Assembly (NCBI RefSeq): GCF_018977255.1
Contig: NW_024704743.1
Location: 25,360,001-25,424,000 of the forward strand
Direction of reading: 5' to 3'
DNA: 64,000 bases
Source: Callorhinchus milii
Taxonomy: Eukaryota
This document shows positions 12,349-24,065 of this stretch, in pieces. A program made the position numbers and the translations under genes. The notes under the pieces were generated by a model that made no database searches, had not been told where the DNA came from, and was given only the letters and a program-made list of their open reading frames with translations. Numbering within the stretch: position 1 is the stretch's first letter; each line of letters opens with the position of its first letter.

Positions 12349-12699
<351 letters not shown>

Positions 12700-12954
12700 T
12701 AACTTGAAAAGCTCTTGAAACACCAAAGACAAGAAGACTTTGAAGTTCTTTTATAAACCTAGAAGAAGTTGCTATTTCAGATAACTAACTACAAATTCAT
12801 TTGTCATTGGGTATCTATGTGTGTTCTTTTGTGAGGGAATATGCAGTATGTTTTCTCACCTGGTCTCCCTTGCCACAGTAGTGCCCTGCTCTCAGTCTGC
12901 TGATAGCCGAGATGGTCATTCTGTAGCTGAGTTGCTTATGTCTGTTTCACAGGT

Positions 12955-13355
12955 TAGAATCATAAAATCAGAACAATTTACAGCACAGAAGAGGCCATTT
13001 GGCTCAGTGAGTCTCCTATCAGCTCTCTGATCAAGTTGTAATTTCAGTCTCACTGCACTGCCCTAATCTCATACCCCTAACCTTCTACTTCCTGCTTGAA
13101 ACCCACAATCTGTGTGAAAAAATTCTCCCAAGCTCTACCTTTCGCTCTTCTTGTGACTATCTTATGTCTATGCCCTCCAGTCACCTACTCCTTTACTAGT
13201 GAAAATAGCATATTTCTAGATGTCCTCTCAAACCCCCCCTCATGATTATATACACATATCAGGTCCCCTCTCAACCTTCTCTGCTCCCATTAAAACAAAC
13301 TCAACTTCTCCAATTTCTTCTCATCACTATAACCCCTCATCCCTGGTATCATTCT
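12955..13355 (-). mobile_element. Old CR1 LINE 3' fragment
   Basis: AGAATCATA..CAGCACAGAAGAGGCCATT tail in reverse; ATCAGGTCCCCTCTCAACCTTCT (RLRGDLI motif reversed). Confidence 0.8.
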
Positions 13356-13937
13356 GTCGGGTTACCGATTGAGTTAAGCTTGTATCCCATGAAGCTGCAT
13401 TGAAAGACATAGCGATTGCAATACAATGTTAGACACTGAAATCTTTAGGCCCAATTCAGGAGGTGAGGGCGTTCACACCAGTCTTTAGGAATAGATGGAA
13501 AAATGTAAGATTCAATTCTTCATTGAATTATTATAAAAATATAGTTCTTTCCCTTGCGCTTCTATTCAAGCAACAATTAAAGCTAAGTTGATACACTTTA
13601 TGTAATTCTGATGCTTACATAAGAATATCTAATGATTGACACGTTATTCAACCTGTTATGAAACATCACATCTTTCAACCCAGTGTGGATATGATATACT
13701 GTATATTTTGATGTGTAGGATCTTCAAAGGAGTGCCCTACCAACCTGCCTGCTCTCTTGGCTCAGCGGGCTCCGGCCTGCTTCATGTCCCCTGCCTTGCC
13801 CTCCCCACCATTGGCGTGCGGGCCTTCTGCCACTCTGTTCCTTAATTTTTGTGGATGATGAACCACTGAGCTACACTACTATTCTCTGACCCACAAGTGT
13901 ATCCAGGTTTACAGTTACTGTAAGTTACTACAGTTAC

Positions 13938-14067
13938 TGTCCCCAGTGACTCCTGTTTTTGTTGTAAGAATTCTAACCCGCCAGACTGAAAGTCAATGGG
14001 TGCCACCAATGAATTGGGAGATGGACAAGAGGGGGCCTGCAGATGCTTTTTGATACGTTTTAAGAAG
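13938..14067 (+). repeat. Exact 130-bp duplicate of 15311-15440
   Basis: Base-by-base comparison shows no mismatch; flanked by scrambled TTACAG/CTGTAA repeats. Confidence 0.95.
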
Positions 14068-14736
14068 TTACTGTAAACCTGTAAAGTTACAGTTACCACA
14101 GTACCATGCCTTTGTATGGGATGGACACTTCTGCCCCCTTCACAAATACCTTTTGCACCCACCCCAGATATGAACCCAAACTAAATGATTTAATAATCCT
14201 TGCATTTGACATAGCGCCTTATCACGTCTTTGAGACGTCTCACAGAATATACTGTAGTGAAATGACTGTATATTTTGTGGGTGAAATGATTTGCAAGAGA
14301 AAGCTGTACAAGTCAAGTCAAATCAAAGTTGCCTCCAGAACAAATAGCTCTGCAAAAATGAAATTATGCTGGTCTCAATTAGACAGTAACCTTTACAGAA
14401 AGAGGAGTTATAATACAGGGAGAAATTGAAACTCTCGACCCTGGCCAAGTTGCCTTGAAACTCTGTCCAACATCAGCAAATGATCTGCAGCAGTCAATAT
14501 AACTGCAGTGTCTGTGTTAGCTCAGAGTCTCAAAAGGATCTGGTAAAGTCCATAGAACATACTTGTGCTGGATCACACACCACCACCACCTTTAGATGGA
14601 GAGTTCAAAGGAGTTCTTAGTTTTAAGCACACTGCAGTTAGAGACCAGGAGATAGCAAGTCCAGTCTTCAGCTATGGGACTGGCATGCGTGGTGGATGCA
14701 AATATTCTTTGGAGGGGGTTGATAAAATTCAGTTAA

Positions 14737-15055
14737 GTGGAGTCTTGCAACTCAGTGGTTAGAGCACTCACCTTTCAAGCAAGAGACGTGGGTTCAATTC
14801 CTGGCAGGGCGAAACCTTGCGCAAGTTTCCTTACTCTATACGCCTGATAATAATCCCTCAAGAATTAACTAATAATTTGGTCGCTCAATCCACAACTGTT
14901 TGTGGGACACTGCTGTGCGCAATTGGCTGCCGCGTTTTGCCCACAAATATGCAGTCAATTCACTATACAGTATATTCTGTGAAGCGCTTTGAGAAGTCTA
15001 GAAAATGTGAAAAGCACTATATCAAATGTAAGGATTATCATTATTATTATTATTA
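14737..15055 (+). mobile_element. tRNA-derived L2-tailed SINE, short form
   Basis: GTGGAGTCTTG...GGTTCAATTCC head, TGGCTGCCGCG body, (TTA)n tail. Confidence 0.9.
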
Positions 15056-15134
15056 AATGATCAGTCTCCTTTAACACAGACAAGCCATTGGTTCGACTGG
15101 CAAGCCTATCACCCCGTCAGAGGTAAGAACTCTA

Positions 15135-15336
15135 TAGACACAAAATACTGTAGATGTTGGAAATCTGAAAACAAAAACAGAAGTCGCTGGGAACACTCAG
15201 CAGGTCAGGCGGCATCTACGGAGAAAGGAAAGTGAGTCCTGACGAAGGGTCGTGGACCCGAAACGTTGACTCAGTTTCCTTTCTCCGTAGATGCTGCCTG
15301 ACCTGCTGATTGTCCCCAGTGACTCCTGTTTTTGTT
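15135..15336 (+). mobile_element. Penelope-like-element-derived inverted-repeat mini element
   Basis: ~68-bp inverted arms (15170-15238 and 15268-15336) around a hammerhead motif; 12-bp TSD GTAAGAA(C/T)TCTA at 15123-15134 and 15337-15348. Confidence 0.8.
15233..15273 (+). ncRNA. Minimal type I hammerhead ribozyme motif
   Basis: Stem I TGAGTC/GACTCA, core CTGACGA (15239-15245) plus an extra A, stem II GGGTC-GTG-GACCC, GAAAC, palindromic minimal stem III and GTT triplet. Confidence 0.75.
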
Positions 15337-15710
15337 GTAAGAATTCTAACCCGCCAGACTGAAAGTCAATGGGTGCCACCAATGAATTGGGAGATGGACA
15401 AGAGGGGGCCTGCAGATGCTTTTTGATACGTTTTAAGAAGAAAGGACCAATTAACTGGAAACCAGTGAAAGGGGATCAGGAAGTATAAAACAGGATGCAG
15501 GGGGCACTAACTGAAGGGATTTTGGTTGTATTGTTGGATTGTGTATTGAGAGCTGAGAATAAAATAGTGATTTCTACCTTTGAGTTGTGAGAACATAACA
15601 GTGCTGAGGGTTGGAACTGCTTGGAGGACTGGCTGTGGTCCTCCTCAAGGCTCAGGCTTTCCCTCCCCAGCTCCCCTTAAAGAGGTGAGTCCCCTCCAGC
15701 TCCTCTTAAA

Positions 15711-16030
15711 TAAAATAATAATCATTGCATTTGATATAGCGCTTTTCACGTCGGGAGGACGTCCCAAAGCGCTTCACAGAACACACTGTAAAGTGAATTG
15801 ACTGTATATTTGTGGGCGAACGCAGCAGCCAATTGCGCACAGCAATGTTCCACAAACAGTCATAGAATGAAAATGACCAATTTATTATTGTTTTTGGTTT
15901 TGGAGGGATTATTATTAGGTGTGTGGAGTAAGGAAACTTGCCCAAGGTTTCGCCCTGACCTGCCTGGAATTGAACTCAGGTCTCTCGCTTGCAAAGCGAG
16001 TGCTCTAACCACTGAGCTACAGGACTCCAC
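15711..16030 (-). mobile_element. Full-length young tRNA-Ala SINE, short form
   Basis: Intact A/B boxes on the minus strand; CTTAAA TSD at 15705-15710 and 16031-16036. Confidence 0.92.
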
Positions 16031-16179
16031 CTTAAAGAGGTGGTCTGTAAAAAGACTTGAGGGGTGAGTACTCAGACCCCTCCAGCCCTAACCATCCACC
16101 ACTTTATAGGACTGGCACACGTGAAATGGGTAAAAATGTGCGGAGCTACATCTCATTGTCTACTGTCCTCAGCCTAATT

Positions 16180-16348
16180 TTTGCCTTTGTCATTCTTTCC
16201 GCGCCCCCTTCTCAGCTTGTCTGCTCCCTTACAACATCCCCCAGTTCTGACAAAAGGTCATTGACCTGAAACGTTAACTCACTTTCCTCTCTCCAGAGAT
16301 ACTGCTTGACCTCCTAAGTGTTCCCAGCGACTTCTGTTTTTATTTTTG
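16180..16348 (+). mobile_element. Penelope-like terminal fragment with degenerate hammerhead
   Basis: AGTT-CTGACAA-A-AGGTC-ATT-GACCT-GAAACGTT-AACT, followed by sequence homologous to the right arm of the 15135 element. Confidence 0.7.
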
Positions 16349-16488
16349 AGACCCAGTTTGTTTAGAGTGATACCCCAAACTAGATAACAATGCTCCCAAC
16401 TGTGGCCTAAACAATGCCTTGTACAAGTGTAACTTTACCTCCTGATCCAATGCCTATATTTATGAAACCTATAATCATAGTCCTGTAT

Positions 16489-16799
16489 GGAGTCCTGTAG
16501 CTCAGTGGTTAGAGCACTCACCTTGCAAGCGAGACAACTGGGTTCAATTCCGGGCAGGGCGAAACCTTGGGCAAGTTTCCTTACTCCACACGCCTAATAA
16601 TAATCCTCCAAAATAAAATAAATAATAAATTGGCCATTTTCAATCCACGACTGTTTGTGGGACACTGCTGTGCGCAATTGGCTGCCGCATTTCGCCCACA
16701 AATATACAGTCAATTCACTTTACAGTCTATTCTGTGAAGCGCTTTGAGATGTCAAGAAGACATGAAAAGCGCTATATCAAATGCAAGGATTATTATTAT
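16489..16799 (+). mobile_element. Full-length young tRNA-Ala SINE, short form
   Basis: GGAGTCCTGTAGCTCAGTGGTTAGAGC head through AAATGCAAGGATTATTATT tail. Confidence 0.92.
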
Positions 16800-19700
16800 A
16801 TAATATTCACTTTAATATGATCTTTTCAAATCTTTGACTGTCCAGTGCATTGGGACATCCTCCAATGTGAAAGATACTATACAAATGTAATTTATTGTTG
16901 TTGCTAGCTTCTACTTGCACTCCCACTTTTAAAGTCCTGCATATCATTATCCTGAACCTTTCCAAAGTTATGAATATTATTATTATTATTATACTTAAAG
17001 GATTTATTTCCTTTTGTTGATCTTCCTCCAAAAAATAATACTTTACATTGTTCTGTGCTGAACACTGGCAGATTGCTTTTTGGTTCTATCTCGGTACTTC
17101 TGTACTTCCTTAGTTCTTCTGTGTATAATCCTGTTCCAATCCTAACTTTTCCCCCCGATCTAACTCTTCATTGCTCAGTGCACTCAATATTGTTGGTCCA
17201 AGATGTCAGTGCTCACACTAACAACTGCTTGAATGGTGCATAGTTACATAAAGTGTATAACTTTAGCTTGAATTGGAACACAAAGTAAAGAACTGTTTAA
17301 ATTTTTATAAGCATCTACAAGAATCCTAATGATGTTCTAATACTTTTTGGCGTACCTGCCATTTGCTTATCAGTGTTGCAATAAATGCCATGAGAATATA
17401 TCCAGAATAAAATAGCCATCAAGTCAAGGGAGATTCAGTTCCTCTTTTTAAAAAAAATTGTGTCCCCTTTGTATTCAAAATGAATTACATATATGCATGC
17501 TGTTTCAGTTAAACACGCTAAAACAACATTAAATCAGTTAATACATCAAACTGGACTCCCCATTGCCTCCACTTATACATAGTTGTTGACATCTGCCTGC
17601 AATCTTCGGGCTTTACAAGCACAGTTTTTGAACGCTCATTAGGATAGTTCCTGACAGTACAAAGTGGATTTTTTCCTCCTTAACTCGTTATTACATATTG
17701 ATCATATTCTGGAGACAGAAGTCAGGCACAACGCTGGCAGGGCCACTGAATTCAATTCTGAACAGAATCCAACATGTGCGATTCCAACCCCTCCTTGTTT
17801 CATCAGGAATCAGTATCTTAAATGCCAGTCTTAAAAACAAAAGGGTGAGTCAACCACACATTTTGTACCCAAGATGTTTGTTGGCATTTTTGGAACTGGG
17901 CTTTTTGTGCAAAATTTATTGTGTGCTGATTAACTTTTGAAATTGCTGACAAATTCTTCATTTAAAGACCAAAGCTATGAGGACTGTATAGTTCAGTGGG
18001 TTCGTGCACCATCCTTTCATTTCTAGGACTAACGGTTACTCAATCCACGACGGTTTATGGAATTGGCGCCATTGGCAGTAGAACTAAATTCCGTAGTCGA
18101 GGTCTTGTGAGATAAATCCTTTACAAGGTTAAAAAGAATGAACTTAAGAGGCATTTATCCTTTTGGTCTTCCCTTACTCTTACTATTTACAGGTTTATAA
18201 AACCCAAACACTTGGAATGTCCAAACACTACCTTGCTTTTTCTCCTGCACGTTTCACCATGTGGGATCCTGCTTTGTGGATCTCCACCTATTGTTTCCAG
18301 TTTAAAAAGAGAGCTTTTCACTTTCAGCCTTTTCCATGTTTATGGTTTCAATAATGAACATAAAGCAAAACTTGGTGCAAACCCTTTGTGTCACTAACAT
18401 ACTCCAGAATAATCCCAGAAGTGTGCTCCTCACATCTGGGCCCAGTCAAACAGCCTTCCGTCAACCTTTATATACAATTTCTGTGTTAAAGACTAAATTT
18501 GGAATTGTGAAGAACTTGTGAACAGAATGGTTTGATTAACAAATTATTGAGGTTTGGGGAAAAGAAGAGGTGCATTTGATCTTAGATGTCCATAAACAGA
18601 AAGAGATGGTGCAAAACATTTGAGGCCCTGCCTTCCAAAGGTTCCTCATTTTTCCTTTGACTTTGTGCCAGGTGGAAAATAGTATCCTTGGTGTGAATGA
18701 TTGATTGGTTTTGACTGTTTAACAGCACATTACATTTTTCCAATATGAGTTTAATTCAATAGACTTATTGCTGGTGGAAGAGAAACACCAGATACATCAA
18801 TTACTGAGCACTGTGGGGTGAAAAATGTATTGGATGCTCTTATTGTCACAGGTGATAAAATTGCAATCCAAGCCAGTTTTTATCTAAAACCCTCCCCCTC
18901 CCATCCACTTTGTAACAGTGGTTTGGCCCAAAGCCTATTTTCAAAATCTTTTGCCACCAAATTGAATTCCCGCTTGATGTCCTGATCCTTTTTCTGTTCC
19001 AGAGTTTGTGTGCTGCTTCACAGGGTATTAGTTACATTGACAAGATTATAAGTTTGGTTCAGATGAGGAAGGCCCTTTGGCCCATTTGATCTCATCCCTC
19101 CACAAAATCCTTCATACCACTAACTATGGCATTAAGTATGGCATTTTTCACTGCTTTTTGACACTCCTGGAATAAATGATATTAAAAATAAAAATAATAG
19201 TAGCAGTTGATACAGTGGTTTATCACGGCTGAACTGTTTCATAACATTTTATACAATGAACAATGAACTAATGATTTATGATCTTGGTGTGAATGATTGA
19301 TTTCCTGACAAGTAATCACACCAGCATCTTCCCACTGAGCTGTTTATTTGTGTGAATTTGGATGAGGGAGGAGCAGGACAATATTTCATCATCTATTGAC
19401 ATACTTGACATAGTTAACAGGGTACAGGGATATTTCAGACTTCCTGAGCCGACCGCTCATGCTGTGAAATGTCAGCAGTAGCTTGGTTGCTGCAATGTTG
19501 ACCCTAAAACTAAAATAAACACCAATAATTTGAAATAACCAAAATTGTAAACTGTTTACTTCTACTAATCTTGTCATCCTTTCCTCCATTATCTCTCCCA
19601 TTCCTTCTCTTCTACTTTTATTTTTAACCCTATCCATATACGTTATTACTTTCCTATTCTCATTATATAAAGCACTTTGAGTGCTCAGATGTACATGAAA

Positions 19701-20024
19701 GACTGCATAAAAGAGCAAGTTGTCGTTTTAGTTCCACTCATTGAGATGTGTTTGTTCATTGGTTCCTGGTTTGAATGTGACAATCACACCAGTAATCGTA
19801 TCCACAATGTATCCTTGTCAATCTTCAGTATTTGAGCTTTGCCTCGAAAATTTGTAAAGTCATTTTTTTAGCCAACGAAAAACAGACAATAGATTTGTTT
19901 TAAAAAAGTTACTCCCAGCTTCCAAAATGCATAATGAGTGTGATGGAAGCGCAAAGGAAAGCTTAAAAAAAAGCAAATCTTACAAAAAGGTGTGAAATGC
20001 TAGTAATATAACAATCCTTGTATA

Positions 20025-20270
20025 TGAACGTAAAGATTCCATGGCACAAGAAAAGAGAAGGATATTTCTCCCAGTATCACGGCCACACAAATCAAATGGA
20101 TCACTCATTTCATGGCTGGTTGTGGGACATTACTGTGTGCAAAATTGGCTGCCGCATTCACCTGCAAAATACATAGTTAGTACAGTAAAATCTTGTTACG
20201 TGGTTTGAGACTTCTCAACAATGGGATAAAGTGCTACATCAAATCCAAGGATTATTATATTATTATTATG
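20025..20270 (+). mobile_element. Old Deu SINE 3' part
   Basis: AAAGATTCCATGGCAC..GTGGGACATTACTGTGTGCAAAATTGGCTGCCGCATT and L2-type tail. Confidence 0.7.
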
Positions 20271-21059
20271 TTACATTCTGTGTCTCTCAGGTAGTGGCCT
20301 GGTCAATTTACTGTATTTTATATATTGAACGATTGATAGACTACCGCAGGCTGAGCTACATCATTCAAGGCACTGGCATCTTATTCATATCCAATGAGAA
20401 AGCTCTCCTATGCAGTAAAAGAGAAGTAAATCTGTTACCCCCTTATTTTTACTATGGAAGAATGAATTTCCTATACAAAATCAGTGCCAACATCTCTCTG
20501 TGACGCATTAGGAATCAATACCTATTGGAACAGCATGATGATATAATAATAATCCTTGCATTTCATATAGCACTTTATCACACCATTAAGACATCTCAAA
20601 GCGCTTCACAGAATACACGAGGAAGTGAATTGGCTATATTTTGTAAGCAAAATGCGGCAGTCAATTGGATACGGCATATGTGGACTATCTCTTTAAAAAT
20701 CTAGTTACGTAATGCTTTTTAGATAAAAATCAATTGCATGCTACTACAAGCAGAAGTGTGATATTTTTTCTATGAAAATGAAAGCAACATGTTAGAGATG
20801 GTATTATCTTAATAAGAGAAATCTTGTCACGGAGCTTTCCATTACTTCCTCTTTGTACATCAGTCCTTCTGGTTTGGATTTGCACATGTGCCAGGAGCTG
20901 ATTGTGAATAAAAAGGCATGAAATAAATAATTAGGGTGAGGGTTGCCAGAGAAGGATATAAAACTGATCTTTAGTGCAACCACTAACATAGTTTAAATAC
21001 CCAATCGACACACACCTTCCCATTCATTATTGCTGCCGGAAGGGAAAATGGATAAGACT

Positions 21060-21580
21060 AAAAATAATTTGGGCCTTTCATACAGTGTGTATAATGTCTC
21101 AAACCACAATGTCGAAACATTCAAAGTGTGTTACAATAATAGTTGTGAAGTGCACTGACTAAATGTCTAGGAAACACGACAGTTACTTTGTATATTGCAT
21201 GTTGTACAAACAAGCAATCAAGTAAATGACTAATTTATCTGGAGGAATGTTGGCCAGGACACCAGAACAAACTCCCTTCTCTTTTTGAATAGTGTTATAA
21301 GTTCCTTGAGTTCCACCTGAACAGACAGAAAGGTGGAGGGGATCTCACTTTGATATTCCATCTGATGGATGTTACTTTTGTCAATGCATTGCTTCCCCAG
21401 CACTGCACTGGAGTTTCAGCCTAGAGTGTGAACTCAGAGTCCCCAATGTGGATTTACATTGATTGTACACAGAAACAGGTCATTTGCCCCAACTAGTCTG
21501 TGCTGGCCTTTTATTGTCCACATGAGCTTGAACCCGTAGGGCTCCCACAACCTTCTGAATCAGAGGCAAGAGTGCTAACG
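21060..21580 (-). mobile_element. Old Deu SINE, with a short CR1-tail piece inserted near 21455-21522
   Basis: TTGGCCAGGACACCAG, CCACCTGAACAGACAG, GCACTGCACTGGAG and CCTTCTGAATCAGAGGCAAGAGTGCT blocks in reverse. Confidence 0.65.
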
Positions 21581-23279
21581 ATTAGTTTACAGGTGGGCAA
21601 TGTTGGAGTGGGTTTGGACCATGGCCTTTCACATCTGAGCACTGGTTTTCAGTGCCTTGGGACGTCCTTCCGACGTGAAAGATGCTATATAATTTGTTGT
21701 TGTTGATTTTCGAAGCGACTCAGATTGATGAGATGAAAATCTCCTTTCTCTGCAGCCTGCAAAGGTTTTATACAAAATCAGTCTGGGCTGCGTCAACCCA
21801 AATCAACCCTCATAGCACAAAGCTGTTCTCAATTTGAGACTAAATTGGTATTTGCGTTCAAAGTGATCATAATATGGCTGATGTAGAGAATATACATACA
21901 ATACAGTTTACATTTATATAGCACCTTTCACATTGGGAGGAAGTCTCAAAGAGCTTAAGTAGCCTTAAGATGTCCACATTGGTGCAGTAGGACACACTCT
22001 TCTGAATTTAGGGCTGATCAATGTCATGATCAATGTAGAATAGAGAATTTTACACACAAAAAAACATTGTATGCAGGGCTCAGAGTCATGTCATACTGAC
22101 TCTGACATCGTCTGCCCAAAAATGTTTCATTTCCCACAACTAACAACCCTCAATTAGACGAGCACCAAATTCACACCAAAACATTTTTAAAAAAAACTTT
22201 TAAAATTAAAAATTAGGTAAAGAGTCTACAATTCTTAATTTCTGAGCTGAATATTCTAGCTATGTTAGCCAGAGGAGAAGGCACAAGTTATTTTGAGGGA
22301 GCGAACCACTGGGACCTGAAATTCCCTCATAGTCTTTCCCTTAAATCCGGTCTCTTAAAATTTGATGATGTGCAATGTTGGAGCAAACTCTTAAATTGAA
22401 CCTTAAATTGGAAGCCGTTTCTTAAAAAGAGCTATGGAAAATTGTGTCCAAATTAAGAATGAATTTAAGAATTTTCCACAATTCTGCATGATCTGAGGTT
22501 TTATGACAGTGGTCTTAAGGCTATCACTGTGAGAAATTTTGGGTCTCCTGAAGTGTGATAGAGCTGTGGCAGCTAATCGCAGCATTGACACTGATCTCAT
22601 AGTGATCCAGTGTACAGCATACAGCTTGCAATGATTTTCACCTAATCAGTACCTTCCCTCGGGCTGATCCAAGTCCAGTAATATAACACTCAGGAGGTCC
22701 CAGAACGGTGGAAGTAAAGCTGACATTTCCACATGGGTAATAAGATCATAATGAAGCAGTGATATGACTGTGTAGTTGACTCTCTGTCCACCAACTAAGT
22801 TGTATTATATGTTATCAAAACATCCACAAATCATTAAACAACATTTTGGTGATTGAGGCAGTGTACAGTTGTTACAACTCTATTACTTTACTGAACGAAT
22901 CCAGAAAACCCCCCACAAAAGCTCATGAGAATATGGATACAACTACAACTGAAAGTCAAAGATAGAGTGCATTGAAGAAATAAACGGAGACAGACAGACA
23001 GAAAAAGAGAGACAGAGAGAGAAAACTTGTTAAATAAAGATATTAGGAGATATGGAGAACAAATGAGGAAACAGAAGGGAGGAAAGTTGCCATCGGCTTA
23101 TTAGCGGAGTACATACAATGGGGCAGATGGTCGACTCCTGTGCCTATGGGTTTTTCTCATGACACTGACCGGAACAGATTGGATGATCTCATGTGTTATA
23201 AAGATTCTTTGATTCAATGACCAATTGCTATTTAGGGGTTCCGTCATTTATGTTTTTTTTCAGTTCTCTGAACCTGCCT

Positions 23280-24065
23280 CCTAGTTTTGGGATATCAGTC
23301 CACAGTCCGTAGCCCTCAGTACTGCACCAAGGTTGGACTCCAGTTCCAGGACCACTTTCCTCCACCTCTCCAACATTGCCCACCTCCGATTGGACTTCAC
23401 ACCCACACAGCTGCAGCCTTTATCTGTGCATTCATCACCTCCTGCCTTAATTTTTTCAATTACCCTCCTCGCGGGTCTCCCCAGCTCCATCATTCATGAA
23501 GTCCAATTGATTCAAAGCTTCACCGCCCGTATCCTCACCTGCACCAACTCCACACCCCCATTACCCCAGTCTTTGCTAGGGTCCACTAGCTCCTGATTGC
23601 AGAACGGATCTATTTCAAGATCTATCTCTCCAACCTGCCTACATGCCTCTCCTCTACCTGCCTCCTTTGCTCAGCTGGCTCCAGCCTCCTGCACGTCCCC
23701 AGTCTCCTCTACTCCACCATCGGCAGCCATGCTTTCAGTCACTATGCCCTGAAACTCTGATACTCTGCCTCAAACCTTCTGCCCTGTCCCTTCCTTTCGC
23801 CCACAAAATACACAGTCAATTCACTTTACAGTATATTCTGTGAAGAGCTTTGAGATGCCTCGAAGATGTGATAAGGCACCATATCAAATGCAAGGATTAT
23901 TATTATTATTCCTTGCCCATCTTCAGATCACAACTGAAGATCTTTCTCTTTAACTGTGCCTACGGTCCCCTCCCCCCTCTCCCTGGATTGGCGTCAAGCT
24001 CCGTCACCGTTAAGCGCTCCAAGATACTACCCTGCGTGAAGGATGTTATAAGTTGTTGTTGTTGC
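23280..24065 (+). mobile_element. L2 LINE 3' fragment containing a 5'-truncated SINE (~23797-23908)
   Basis: L2 ORF2 end (QLIQSFTARILT) and (GTT)n tail; internal SINE tail flanked by TTCCTT repeats. Confidence 0.85.

Noticed and set aside
21756..21847. Possible next AHRR exon (phase 1 acceptor, open frame ACKGFIQ...ETKL, GTATTT donor)
   Set aside because: No resemblance to the expected E-x-x-LLLE ending, and the donor is weak.
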